From contig NC_068986.1 in assembly GCF_001194135.2 (NCBI RefSeq), positions 82,052,068 to 82,090,608 of the forward strand: a stretch of 38,541 nt of DNA, read 5' to 3'. A program made the position numbers and the translations under genes. Numbering within the stretch: the stretch's first letter is position 1; the number at the start of each line of letters is the position of its first letter. The stretch comes from Octopus bimaculoides (taxonomy: Eukaryota). The notes beneath the pieces are model-generated. The model saw only the letters and a list, made by a program, of their open reading frames with translations. It searched no databases and was not told the origin of the DNA. This document shows, piece after piece, positions 1-10,291 of this stretch.

Positions 1-49
1 TAAGTATATATATATATATATATGTATGTATATATATATATATGTGTAT

Positions 50-80
<31 letters not shown>

Positions 81-153
81 TGGGTTTCAGCCAAGTGGCT
101 GTGGTCATGCTGGAGCACATATATATATATACACACACATACATGTGTGTGTA

Positions 154-194
<41 letters not shown>

Positions 195-235
195 ATGTGT
201 ATGTGTGTGTAAGCGTATGTGTGTGTGTGTGTGTA

Positions 236-275
<40 letters not shown>
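1..275. repeat. Compound microsatellite (TA)n/(ATTT)n/(TG)n
   Basis: Directly visible simple repeats; these explain the ORFs at 22-286. Confidence 0.95.
85..118 (-). mobile_element. Isolated retroposon 3' tail (34 nt) followed by a (TAAA)n tail
   Basis: The reverse complement GTGCTCCAGCATGACCACAGCCACTTGGCTGAAA matches 20626-20659, the end of the CR1-group LINE, with 2 mismatches. Confidence 0.7.
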
Positions 276-277
<2 letters not shown>

Positions 278-648
278 GCTTACTAGTGTGTAATAACATT
301 GAAGAAATACAGAGAGAACGCAATATAGATTGGATATGTAATTTTAAGTTGAATAATAAGCCTGCAGTATAATATCCATAGGAGATAATTTGTTTTATTA
401 CAATATCTTTTGGAATAATTAACGTGTGCAAAAGACAGAAAACAAAACTTGCAAGAGTATAACTCTGAGTGTGAATATTTTGCAATGGAGAAGGTAAATG
501 ACACAAGTTAAAAGTGAATGTAAATTGAAAAAATTAAGTCTAAGATCTGAAATAAGAACTTAAGATACAACAATGTAAAATAATTACGGAGATGTACTTG
601 CATAGCAAGCGACCTGATCTGAGATCGTGTGTGCTGGAACGAAAACAA

Positions 649-838
649 TTGCAGCGTGTAAGGTGTTTATAAGCCATTTAAGAAACGCACAAAAACCGTT
701 AGATTCATTTCAACATTTAAGTTTAATTTGCCAAAATATTTTCGAAAATATTTTGGCAAATTAAATTTAAATGTTGAAGTGAATCTAACGGTTTTTGTAT
801 GTTTCTTAAATGGCTTATAAACACCTTCCATGCTGCAA
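649..838. repeat. 190 bp near-perfect palindrome with no spacer (centre TTTTCG/AAAA at 743/744)
   Basis: The 95 bp arms are reverse complements with only a handful of mismatches, e.g. AAGGTGTTTATAAGCCATTTAAGAAAC vs GTTTCTTAAATGGCTTATAAACACCTT. Confidence 0.95.
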
Positions 839-1036
839 ATTTAAAATAAACGATCTTGTAATCGATTTGAAATAGTATCTAAACATTCTTGTAAGAAATG
901 AAGGAAAAGTGATTACTCAAGAAGATTAATAGGATACGAGAACTTGGAAAACTAAACTTGGAAAACTGTCAGTAAGGCTCCAGCTTGATTTTAGGTAGCC
1001 GCTGGACTGCTGCATTGCAAAGTAATAGCTTTCTCT

Positions 1037-1241
1037 AAAGCGATCACCTGGTAGAATGGTCACCAAGCCGGGCAAAATACTTGTCTGTCTTTGTGTTCTG
1101 AGATGAAATCTCGCTGAGGTCGACTTTGCATTTCATCCTTTTGGAGTCGATAAAATAAGTACCAGTTGATAACTGGGGTTGATGTAATCGACTTAGCTCC
1201 CCCGAAATTGCTGACCTTCTGCCAATGTTTGAAACCAATAT
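1037..1241 (+). mobile_element. tRNA-derived SINE, family A (diverged)
   Basis: Contains the family core GAGGTCGACTTTGCATTTCATCCTTTTGGAGTCGATAAAATAAGTACCAGTT and the TTTGAAACCAAT tail seen in more than 20 copies in this window. Confidence 0.85.
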
Positions 1242-1724
1242 AAAAGTTTTCTCTGTTGTGCTGTTCTGTTTAATCCAAATACACACACGTACACGCATTC
1301 TCACACAGGCGCACCCACATGTACACGCGTGCGCGCGCGCACTCACAAAAATGCATGCATCTACACGTACACACACAAGCATATACATACACACGCACAT
1401 GCGCAACACACTTGAGTCTAATATACATAATAGTGCACAGAAATCTTTTAATCTGCTGAGGTTATCGCTGCAGTTTGAAAACAAAGCTCTCTTTAGTTGT
1501 GTTTGAAGCTGAACAAGTATTCAACAAAGATAACTTTTATAATATCAGTTGATTCAAATTTTTGAAATGTTAAGACAATACATTTTTGGAATAGACTTTT
1601 ATATCTTCTTAGAGAAGCTAGTAGCTCGATTAGAATGATTAGAATATTCATGAGAGGATGAGTGTAGTATCAACAATGAGTAAAGGAATGTATAATATAC
1701 TACATGTTATATGTAATATATATT

Positions 1725-2390
1725 AATTTCACTGTGTACCCTAAGTAGATGTACTCCTTTGCATTCTCGATTTCATCGTTTCCCACCTCAATTGGGCCTT
1801 GTGCTACATCTTCCAGCCGCATATATTTTGTTTTCATGCGGTTCATTTCGAGGGCTACTGCTAGGCTATGAGTGCCTAGTTCTGTCAGCATGGCCTGCAA
1901 ATAGTCTGTGGTTTCAACGATGAGTACAATGTCACCTACGAATCAGGAGTGTGTTAGTTGCTCGTCTTTGACCCTCACGTCTTCTGTCTAGTTAATGTCC
2001 CTGATTAACATTTCTAGACGTGTGATGAAGAGCTTTGGAGTTGTGGTATCTCCTTGCTGGACACCCTTCTCAATTGGAAACCTTACTGGTGGTGATAGCA
2101 AAGCTATATTTGTTGTGCATCCAGAGTTCGCATCTCTTGGCAGTTTGATGTATTGCGCCTCGACACATTGCATTTCCAGGGATTTCAACCCTGCATTCAA
2201 CTCGACGCTATGAAAGGCTTTTTCTTAATCAACAAAAGCGATGCGCAGAGGAAACAGCGATGCGCAGAGGAAACAGCGATGCCCAGAGGAAACAGCGATG
2301 CGCAGAGGAAACAGCGATGCGCAGAGGAAACTTGTATTCATTCGCTTGTTCTATGAACTGTATTCGAGTGGCCTGTCGTACTACTATAGT
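1725..2390 (-). mobile_element. RTE-clade LINE reverse transcriptase fragment (inverted 5' segment), decayed
   Basis: Minus-strand translation gives FIEQANEYKFPLRIAFVD*EKAFHSVE, KGVQQGDTTTPKLF, LEMNRMKTKYM and EYIYLGYTV, which are RTE RT motifs with stops and frameshifts. Confidence 0.9.
2237..2331. repeat. 19 bp tandem repeat x5 (AGCGATGCGCAGAGGAAAC) inside the RTE RT
   Basis: Five contiguous units; one substitution in unit 3. The unit is the reverse complement of the RT codons for K-F-P-L-R-I-A. Confidence 0.95.
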
Positions 2391-2394
2391 ACGA

Positions 2395-2712
2395 ACTATA
2401 TTGACCGAAATATGGATGCTGAAACCTCAAAGAGAATAATGGCGTGATGGGAGGCGTTTACCTCAATAAAAGATGTACTCATATCAAAGACAACACCATA
2501 GATACCAGGCTCTTCAATAGCACCGCCCTACCTGCACTCTTATACGCAACTGAGACCTGAGCTATTACGAAGAGGATAGAACATCGATTGACAACGACGC
2601 AAAAGGGCCATGAAAAGAGCCATGTTAGGAATGTCATTACGAGATCATATTCGAAGTGAGATATTTCGAGAACGAAACAGAGTGGATGGTGTGATCTCAC
2701 AATACGTAAAGC
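2395..2712 (+). mobile_element. RTE-clade LINE, continuation downstream of RT (sense segment)
   Basis: Plus-strand translation IDRNMDAETSKRIMA*WEAFTSIKDVL...FNSTALPALLYATETWAITK...TTTQRAMKRAMLGMSLRDHIRSE is the typical RTE post-RT region. Confidence 0.88.
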
Positions 2713-2940
2713 ACAGAAAAGACTCGCAAGACGGATTCTTCAAACCGAGCAAATCAGCAGGAGACAATGGATAAACTGAAAATGAGACAGTTGGATAGGT
2801 TTATCACGCTTAGGAATCAAGCCGGAAAATCTAATGATGGTTGTTTCTGATAGGACCCTATGAAGGAGGTACTTGAGAACTCTACCCACATGACCCTCCT
2901 GGAAATAGTGGGCGGAGAAGATGGACGGTGAAAGCTGATT
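2713..2940 (+). mobile_element. Rex3/Expander-like RTE 3' end fragment
   Basis: QKRLARRILQ...SRLGIKPENLMMVVSDRTL*RRYLRTLPT*PS; clearly homologous at nucleotide level to 12020-12185. Confidence 0.7.
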
Positions 2941-3864
2941 CAGCACCTAGCACAGATATCAGTAAAGTAACTGACTCTACTCACAGCTCAACTGTCAGCT
3001 GTAATAGTGATACAGTATATAGCAGTCTCAGCTATGGAAGTGACTCATTACACAGGCCAGTCATAAGCTAAGAAAGAATTAACACATTACACAGCTTAAC
3101 CATGAGCGAAATAATTGACTCAATATACAGCTCACCTTTGTGTTGAAAATGCAACTCAGAATACATTTGAGTGGTCTTTTATAAAGCTGAGTATTAATAG
3201 AGCTCAATTCTCTTTTACTAATCTCAGTCGATGAAGAGATTAAACGTACAGTGAAAGCAAAGTGATTTTAGCAACGAATTCTTTGGGATTCTACACTTTG
3301 TTGTTATCGCCTCTTAAATCTATTCGAGCTGTTTACATACTCCATAACACAATAGCGTTAATCCAATTAGATTAATATATGAATGATAGGAAATGTCTTG
3401 TGGGAGTGTGGACATCTGGTTGTCGTGTGGCTTATAAATATATTAGATTAAGTATAGAGATACAGTGGGGCTGTAGAGGCAATGAAGAAACAGAAGTGAG
3501 AATAGGAGGCGATAGTAAGAGAAATAGATATCTGAGCAGAAGAGAGGAAGGAAGAGGAGGAAAGCAAAGAAGTTGGAAATGAGGAAGAGAAAGATAGAAT
3601 TGGTTTTGTTATTGTTGGTGTTGTTGTTATCATTATTATTATCATAATTATTATTGTTAGCATTACTATTAGTAGTAATACAAGTAGAAGTAGCTGAAGG
3701 AGAAAAAAAAGAGAAAACGGGATGTTGGATAAGAAACGTGGTATTTGTGTGTGTCTGTGTGTGTACACGCGCGCACATGAGTATACATGTTTATATATAT
3801 ATATATATAAACACTCATACATATATATATAAATATGTGTGTATGTATGTATGTTTGTATAAAT

Positions 3865-3949
<85 letters not shown>

Positions 3950-4488
3950 NNNNNNNNNNNNNNNNNNNNNNNNNNNNNNNNNNNNNNNNNNNNNNNNNNN
4001 NNNNNNNNNNNNNNNNNNNNNNNNNNNNNNNNNNNNNNNNNNNNNNNNNNNNNNNNNNNNNNNNNNNNNNNNNNNNNNNNNNNNNNNNNNNNNNNNNNNN
4101 NNNNNNNNNNNNNNNNNNNNNNNNNNNNNNNNNNNNNNNNNNNNNNNNNNNNNNNNNNNNNNNNNNNNNNNNNNNNNNNNNNNNNNNNNNNNNNNNNNNN
4201 NNNNNNNNNNNNNNNNNNNNNNNNNNNNNNNNNNNNNNNNNNNNNNNNNNNNNNNNNNNNNNNNNNNNNNNNNNNNNNNNNNNNNNNNNNNNNNNNNNNN
4301 NNNNNNNNNNNNNNNNNNNNNNNNNNNNNNNNNNNNNNNNNNNNNNNNNNNNNNNNNNNNNNNNNNNNNNNNNNNNNNNNNNNNNNNNNNNNNNNNNNNN
4401 NNNNNNNNNNNNNNNNNNNNNNNNNNNNNNNNNNNNNNNNNNNNNNNNNNNNNNNNNNNNNNNNNNNNNNNNNNNNNNNNNNNNNNNA
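3950..4488. other. Assembly gap (one of ten N-runs listed in the summary)
   Basis: Run of N flanked by (TA)n. Confidence 1.
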
Positions 4489-4775
4489 TATATATATATA
4501 TATATATATATAAATTCAATAATAGGATGAATTCTTTTACAAGAATTTATCAAGTAGCTAGCATGAAAAACCTCATAAGGGAAAAAATCCATAATTTATT
4601 CCCAAAATATATTTATTTATATAAGGGCATTACTAACGAGCCATTAAAGATGTGTAAAGGAATTATCTTTGTTCTTATCATTTGGTATATATATGTGTTT
4701 GTGTGTGTATGTGTGAGTATGTCTTTGCATGAATGTATATACATACGTACGTACATACATACATACATACATACA

Positions 4776-4808
<33 letters not shown>

Positions 4809-5254
4809 TATATATACGCACACATATACATATAGAGATTGATAGATAGAAATATATGTGTATATGCATGTATGTATATACATAAACACAAATATGTATA
4901 CACTTCACAGCCGCCGTTACGACCTCGATAAGTTATAGTAATTTAGAAAGTTATATATTCCTGTAATAAAATCATATATAATACCAAAGCCAAAAGAACA
5001 GTGGCAGAGACATTTGTCATGAAAATGAAAATATATGTACCACAACCAAAGAAGATTTTTTGTCAGCTACCTATCGAATATAATCGTTATTTCGACACCA
5101 TATACATATATCTATGTATATATGTCTTATAGTAGCTAAGTACAGAGTCTGGGATATAACTACGTACTGGCATTCCGAAATAGGGCACATCGTGACAATA
5201 ATGGTTTCCTTCATAATATTTCTGTAATAATAATGATATCTAAATTTAGTATTC

Positions 5255-5385
5255 TGACATAGACTGTAAAATTTTGATAGAAGTGGTTAAATTGATCCAG
5301 TATATATTTGATTAGTATTTGTTAAGTTGATCGCGGAAAGACGAAAGGTAAATTCGACATGGACACGATTTGCACAAAGAACTTA
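5255..5385 (-). mobile_element. Highly decayed SINE family A
   Basis: GATCGCGGAAAGACGAAAGGTAAATTCGAC resembles the reverse complement of the family A core. Confidence 0.45.
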
Positions 5386-6553
5386 TGTTAGATAATTATC
5401 CATATATTACTTATTCAGTTAATTCACCCCCGTTAACAATGATTTCCGCTTCTGTAATTCTCCTTCAAGCACATTTTCCCATCAAAAGAATATTTTAAAA
5501 TTATTTGCTACATTGATAATTTAAGAACAACTATGTGATATGTTATATATTGTAATGTGGCTTATGCCTCTTTTTCTCTCTACGAAGATATTGCATATTA
5601 AACATGGAGTTTATATTTGTCTATACAAGCAGTAAAATCTATCGACATACTCTACAAATGGCTAAAAATCTATCGTTATATTCTGTAATGCAGTCTTGTA
5701 GTATTATGCTGTAACAGAAAGTTACCACAATATGTGGTACAATACGATATTAAATATTATTGTATAATAAACACGTGTATCAAAGCGTAATATTACTAAG
5801 CAACAGAGCTTTGTTAATATGAAAGAAGTTCTATGACTATGTTGTGTGTGTGTGTAAAATGGTTTCGAGGATATGTGATGACAGCAAGATGTACAAAGTC
5901 GGTAGTTATGGCAGCAGAATTAATAATGACAGTGGTTGTGTTGGTTACCATAGAGATGACAGAATCATTGATATAAAACTAACGCAGATGATCATCGTAA
6001 TAGAAGTTTCCTAGACTCAGCTGGTGAGTGCATCCATTATAATATTACAACAACAACGATTTTCCTGAAGGAGAGAGAAAAAATCCTTTTAAGAATTAGT
6101 TGGTAAATGAAACGCCACATCCGCGAGATGGGAACCATCTTGTAGATTCGAACCAAATGCGAGTACTATTATTGTTGTTGCTTTGTTTTATTAGGGTTGG
6201 ACAAGAATGAAGCTCCTTGTTTTCTTTTGAAGTGGCATTTATCGATTATTACTCTCTTCAATACAAAAGTATTTTGAAATAAGACATTAATTGACCTGCC
6301 GGAAGGGAGACCATTTTGAATGTTGGCAATATTTTTTCATCATTATTTCAGTTTACCAATATTTTTTCATCATTATTTCAACAAGATTTTACTGATGAAA
6401 AACTCCAGTCTCCTGGTATAAGAGCATACATTAGAAAAAATATCGTTAAATGTTTGCGGGATTCGTATTCTGAATAATAGTTACTGTTAAACGAACCTAC
6501 TGTGTTGATGGAGATATATCACTTCGTAGAGCTTAATTGTTCTAGCTACCAAC

Positions 6554-6554
<1 letters not shown>

Positions 6555-6593
<39 letters not shown>

Positions 6594-6709
6594 ACCTATT
6601 TATCTTTCTACCCATTACCCTCATACATACATACATACATACATACATACATACATACATACAGAAACATGGCTGGAAATATATATATATATATGTACAC
6701 ACACACACG

Positions 6710-6774
<65 letters not shown>

Positions 6775-6914
6775 GATATATGTATATGTATGTATTATGT
6801 ATGTATATATACATACATGCACATATATATACATATATATATGCATGTATACACAATCATACGCATACGTATGTAAAAGTGCATATATGAACGCGTGTTC
6901 CCCTGTGTGTGTGC

Positions 6915-6975
<61 letters not shown>
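6555..6975. repeat. Compound microsatellite (ATCT)n(ATAC)n(AC)n(TA)n(GT)n
   Basis: Directly visible. Confidence 0.95.
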
Positions 6976-6977
<2 letters not shown>

Positions 6978-7370
6978 TATGTGTCTGTGTTTGTGCATCT
7001 CAATGCCTGTATGCGTTATTTATTATTTATCCACACCATAGCTTCAGGCAAATGTTCAAGTGGGTAGCAACGATCATCAGAAGAAATAAAGAAGTTGTTC
7101 CCCATACTTTACATGTACTGAGGATTATTTCTAACCAATCAAATATCCCTGATAGGTTTTATAAATATAAATACTTAATCGTGCGTGAAGTTGATTATGA
7201 ATTTGTATGTATGAGGAATGTGGGCACATACGTTTGGCGCTTGGCGAGAATAGATTTTACAGGAGGGCGAGAATAGAAAGCGTGCATGATGGTGGTGGGG
7301 AGCGATATATGATGGTGTACACGCATCTATAAAAGTCTATATTTTTCTTAGTGTTTGTATTGAAGTATGT

Positions 7371-7631
7371 TTTACCTTTGACTTATTTCAGACGATTAAA
7401 CGACCTAATCGAGCCCAGCGCTTACATTTTTAAAAAAATTAGCACTTAGTCTATCGTATTTTTTTCCTTGCTGAACCGCTACGTTACGGTAACGTAAACT
7501 AACGAACACCGGTTAATTTGTCAAGTGGTAGAAGGGGGTAAATTACTGAGATACATGTACGTACACACACACACACACACANNNNNNNNNNNNNNNNNNN
7601 NNNNNNNNNNNNNNNNNNNNNNNNNNNNNNN

Positions 7632-7692
<61 letters not shown>

Positions 7693-7870
7693 CACATACA
7701 CATGACTGGTTTCCACACAGCTTTTGTCTGCCAAATTTACTCACAAGGCATTGGTCAACCCGGGGCTATAGTAGAAGGCATTTTCTCAAGGTGCTGCAAA
7801 GTGGGACTGAAACCGAAACCACGTGCCTGTCGAGTGAAATTCTTAACCACACAGCAGTACCTGCGCCTAT
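7371..7870 (-). mobile_element. tRNA-derived SINE family B (CORE-like, octopus OR2-type), near full length with an internal microsatellite and gap
   Basis: Head GTGGTTAAGAATTTCACTCGACAGGCACGTGGTTTCGGTTTCAGTCCCACT, then CACCTTGAGAAAATGCCTTCTACTATAGCCCCGGG; 3' half GCTGAACCGCTACGTTACGG on the plus strand. The family name is from recall. Confidence 0.7.
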
Positions 7871-8098
7871 GTCTTCTGGAGATTAATCTACAATGAATAG
7901 CTAAGACGTCTGGCAATGCATCTTATTAAAAGATATTAAAATAAACTAATATTACACATGTAATAACACAGACACCGTCCTTTTCTTAAGAACTAAGAAT
8001 TAGCTAAATGTAGAAATGCTTATTTGAAGAATATGTAGAAATGGTTGCATATAGTATAATTCTAAGTGGTGAATATATATGATTACAAAAGAACGAAT

Positions 8099-8320
8099 AA
8101 GGCGGCAAGTTGACAGAATCATTAGTTCGTGAGATTCCCTGATAAGCGTAATTTTTTCCGGCTCCTTAATTTCTGAATTCAAATTTCGCAAAGGCCGTCA
8201 TTTCTTTTTATCTTTTCGAGGTCGATAAAGCAAGTATCAGTTGAGTACTGAGGTTGATGTAATCGACTAAAGTCTTCACACTGAACTTTCTGGCTTTGTG
8301 CCAAAATTTGAAACCATTAT
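8099..8320 (+). mobile_element. SINE family A (diverged)
   Basis: AAGGCGGCAAG head, GAGGTCGATAAAGCAAGTATCAGTT core, CCAAAATTTGAAACC tail. Confidence 0.8.
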
Positions 8321-8845
8321 GACAACTTAGAATTGTTCATGTAAAGGTTAATGTAATCCAGGTGAGTTGAGATTTTAAGGTAGTGAGCACTTTTCCCAAA
8401 GCTCCCGTCAAGAGGTGCACTGGGGGTAATTGTTAACCAAAACAACATTACTCCTTGAGTTTTTCAACCGTATTTATTTACAACGGAGTCAAGTAAATAT
8501 TTGGTATCTTAAAACGTGGTTATGTCAAATTGTTATATAATAGATATGAATACATGTAATGTTCGAAGAATAGTTAGCTTGTATAAAAGTCAATAATAGT
8601 CTTAATGATTCTTTGTAATCAGGAAATATATCGAGAAGATAAATGAGTAATTGTTCTTTTGATAACGTACTAAGAGTTCAGAGACGGTATGTGAGGGTTT
8701 GTTAACCTATCTTTATGAAGTGTATCGTATCTTGACCAGGTCAACAAATTAAAGGCCATCCTCTGTAGAGTAGAAACATCACAGGATTAGAATTCCAAAC
8801 TGATAGTTCAGGTATCATTCACTGTTCATGTTCTTATTTGAGTAT

Positions 8846-9030
8846 AAGACGGCGAGCTAGTGGAGACGTTAGCACGCCGGGAAAAATGCTTAGCGGCATT
8901 TCGTCCGTCTTTATGCGTTGAGTTCAAATTCCGTCGAGGTCGACCTTGCCTTTATCTTTTTGGGGTCGATAAGTAAGTACCAGTTGAGCACTGGAGCCGA
9001 TTTAATCGATTTACTTTCCCACCAAATCCA
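8846..9030 (+). mobile_element. SINE family A
   Basis: GGCGAGCTAGTGGAGACGTTAGCACGCCGGG...GAGTTCAAATTCC (B-box-like)...GGGGTCGATAAGTAAGTACCAG. Confidence 0.9.
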
Positions 9031-9778
9031 CCACACACACACACACACNNNNNNNNNNNNNNNNNNNNNNNNNNNNNNNNNNNNNNNNNNNNNNNNNNNN
9101 NNNNNNNNNNNNNNNNNNNNNNNNNNNNNNNNNNNNNNNNNNNNNNNNNNNNNNNNNNNNNNNNNNNNNNNNNNNNNNNNNNNNNNNNNNNNNNNNNNNN
9201 NNNNNNNNNNNNNNNNNNNNNNNNNNNNNNNNNNNNNNNNNNNNNNNNNNNNNNNNNNNNNNNNNNNNNNNNNNNNNNNNNNNNNNNNNNNNNNNNNNNN
9301 NNNNNNNNNNNNNNNNNNNNNNNNNNNNNNNNNNNNNNNNNNNNNNNNNNNNNNNNNNNNNNNNNNNNNNNNNNNNNNNNNNNNNNNNNNNNNNNNNNNN
9401 NNNNNNNNNNNNNNNNNNNNNNNNNNNNNNNNNNNNNNNNNNNNNNNNNNNNNNNNNNNNNNNNNNNNNNNNNNNNNNNNNNNNNNNNNNNNNNNNNNNN
9501 NNNNNNNNNNNNNNNNNNNNNNNNNNNNNNNNNNNNNNNNNNNNNNNNNNNNNNNNNNNNNNNNNNNNNNNNNNNNNNNNNNNNNNNNNNNNNNNNNNNN
9601 NNNNNNNNNNNNNNNNNNNNNNNNNNNNNNNNNNNNNNNNNNNNNNNNNNNNNNNNNNNNNNNNNNNNNNNNNNNNNNNNNNNNNNNNNNNNNNNNNNNN
9701 NTAATAAATAATAACATTATTTGCATTATTTACATTATTTACATTCGAGGGATATTTGTTCTCATCTTGTTTTTTGTT

Positions 9779-9824
9779 AACACAACGTTTCGCTTGATAT
9801 ACTCTTCAGCCTTCTTCAGGTGTC
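9779..9824 (-). ncRNA. Minimal hammerhead ribozyme motif (PLE-type, type I), left arm
   Basis: Minus strand: GACAC CUGAAGA AGGCUG AAGAGUAUAU CAAGC GAAAC GUU GUGUU. The CUGANGA and GAAA cores are intact, stem I is GACAC/GUGUU, and stem III is the palindrome ACGU; stem II has a bulge. Confidence 0.6.
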
Positions 9825-9878
9825 TTGGGGAAATTTCGAACCTGGGTTCTCATTCCGAAGGTATTTTTCGATGGTATT

Positions 9879-9921
<43 letters not shown>

Positions 9922-9927
9922 TTATTA

Positions 9928-9995
9928 TGGCGTAGTGGTTAAGAGCGTGGGCTACTAACCCCAAGATTCCGAGTTCTATTCCAAGCAATGACCTG
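9928..9995 (+). pseudogene. tRNA-derived head (A-box TGGCGTAGTGG, B-box GTTCTATTCC, anticodon-like loop CT-ACT-AA)
   Basis: Pol III internal promoter motifs with normal spacing, but no acceptor stem, so this is not a functional tRNA. Confidence 0.75.
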
Positions 9996-10092
9996 AACAA
10001 TGATAATAATAACAACAACAACAACAACAACAATAATAATAAACATCGAAAAATACCTTATGAATAAGAACCCAGGTTCGAAATTTCCCCAA

Positions 10093-10138
10093 GACACTTG
10101 AAGAAGGCTGGAGGTTATATCAGCCGAAACGTTGTGTT
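10093..10138 (+). ncRNA. Minimal hammerhead ribozyme motif (PLE-type), right arm
   Basis: GACAC UUGAAGA AGGCUG GAGGUUAUAU CAGCC GAAAC GUU GUGUU. Stem II GGCUG/CAGCC is perfect; the core has a C3U change. Confidence 0.6.
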
Positions 10139-10248
10139 AACAACAAACAAGATGAGAACAAATATCCCTCGAATGTAGATAATGTAAATAATGTAAATAA
10201 TGTACATAATTCCTCATCTCTTAAATATAGAACTGAATAAATAATAAA

Positions 10249-10288
<40 letters not shown>

Positions 10289-10291
<3 letters not shown>

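Larger units (their letters stand above)
9713..10203 (+). mobile_element. Composite element: inverted ~160 bp arms around a tRNA-like head, probably Penelope-like (PLE) pseudo-LTR derived
   Basis: 9713-9873 is the reverse complement of 10044-10203 at roughly 90% identity by eye. The arms are extended inward by (TAT)n and (AAC/AAT)n. The centre carries A- and B-box motifs. Confidence 0.85.

Noticed and set aside
2237-2331. CRISPR-like repeat array
   Set aside because: The units are contiguous with no spacers, derive from RTE coding sequence, and the context is eukaryotic.
3654-4835. Long ORFs (393 aa here, and similar ones at 8918, 12184, 24843 and 32378-33184)
   Set aside because: They are open only because they run through N-gaps and dinucleotide repeats.
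6327-6380. 24 bp direct repeat with a 6 bp spacer
   Set aside because: An ordinary small tandem duplication with no associated structure.
9928-9995. Functional tRNA-Ser gene
   Set aside because: No acceptor stem, a mutated B-box and a weak anticodon stem; treated as a retroposon head.
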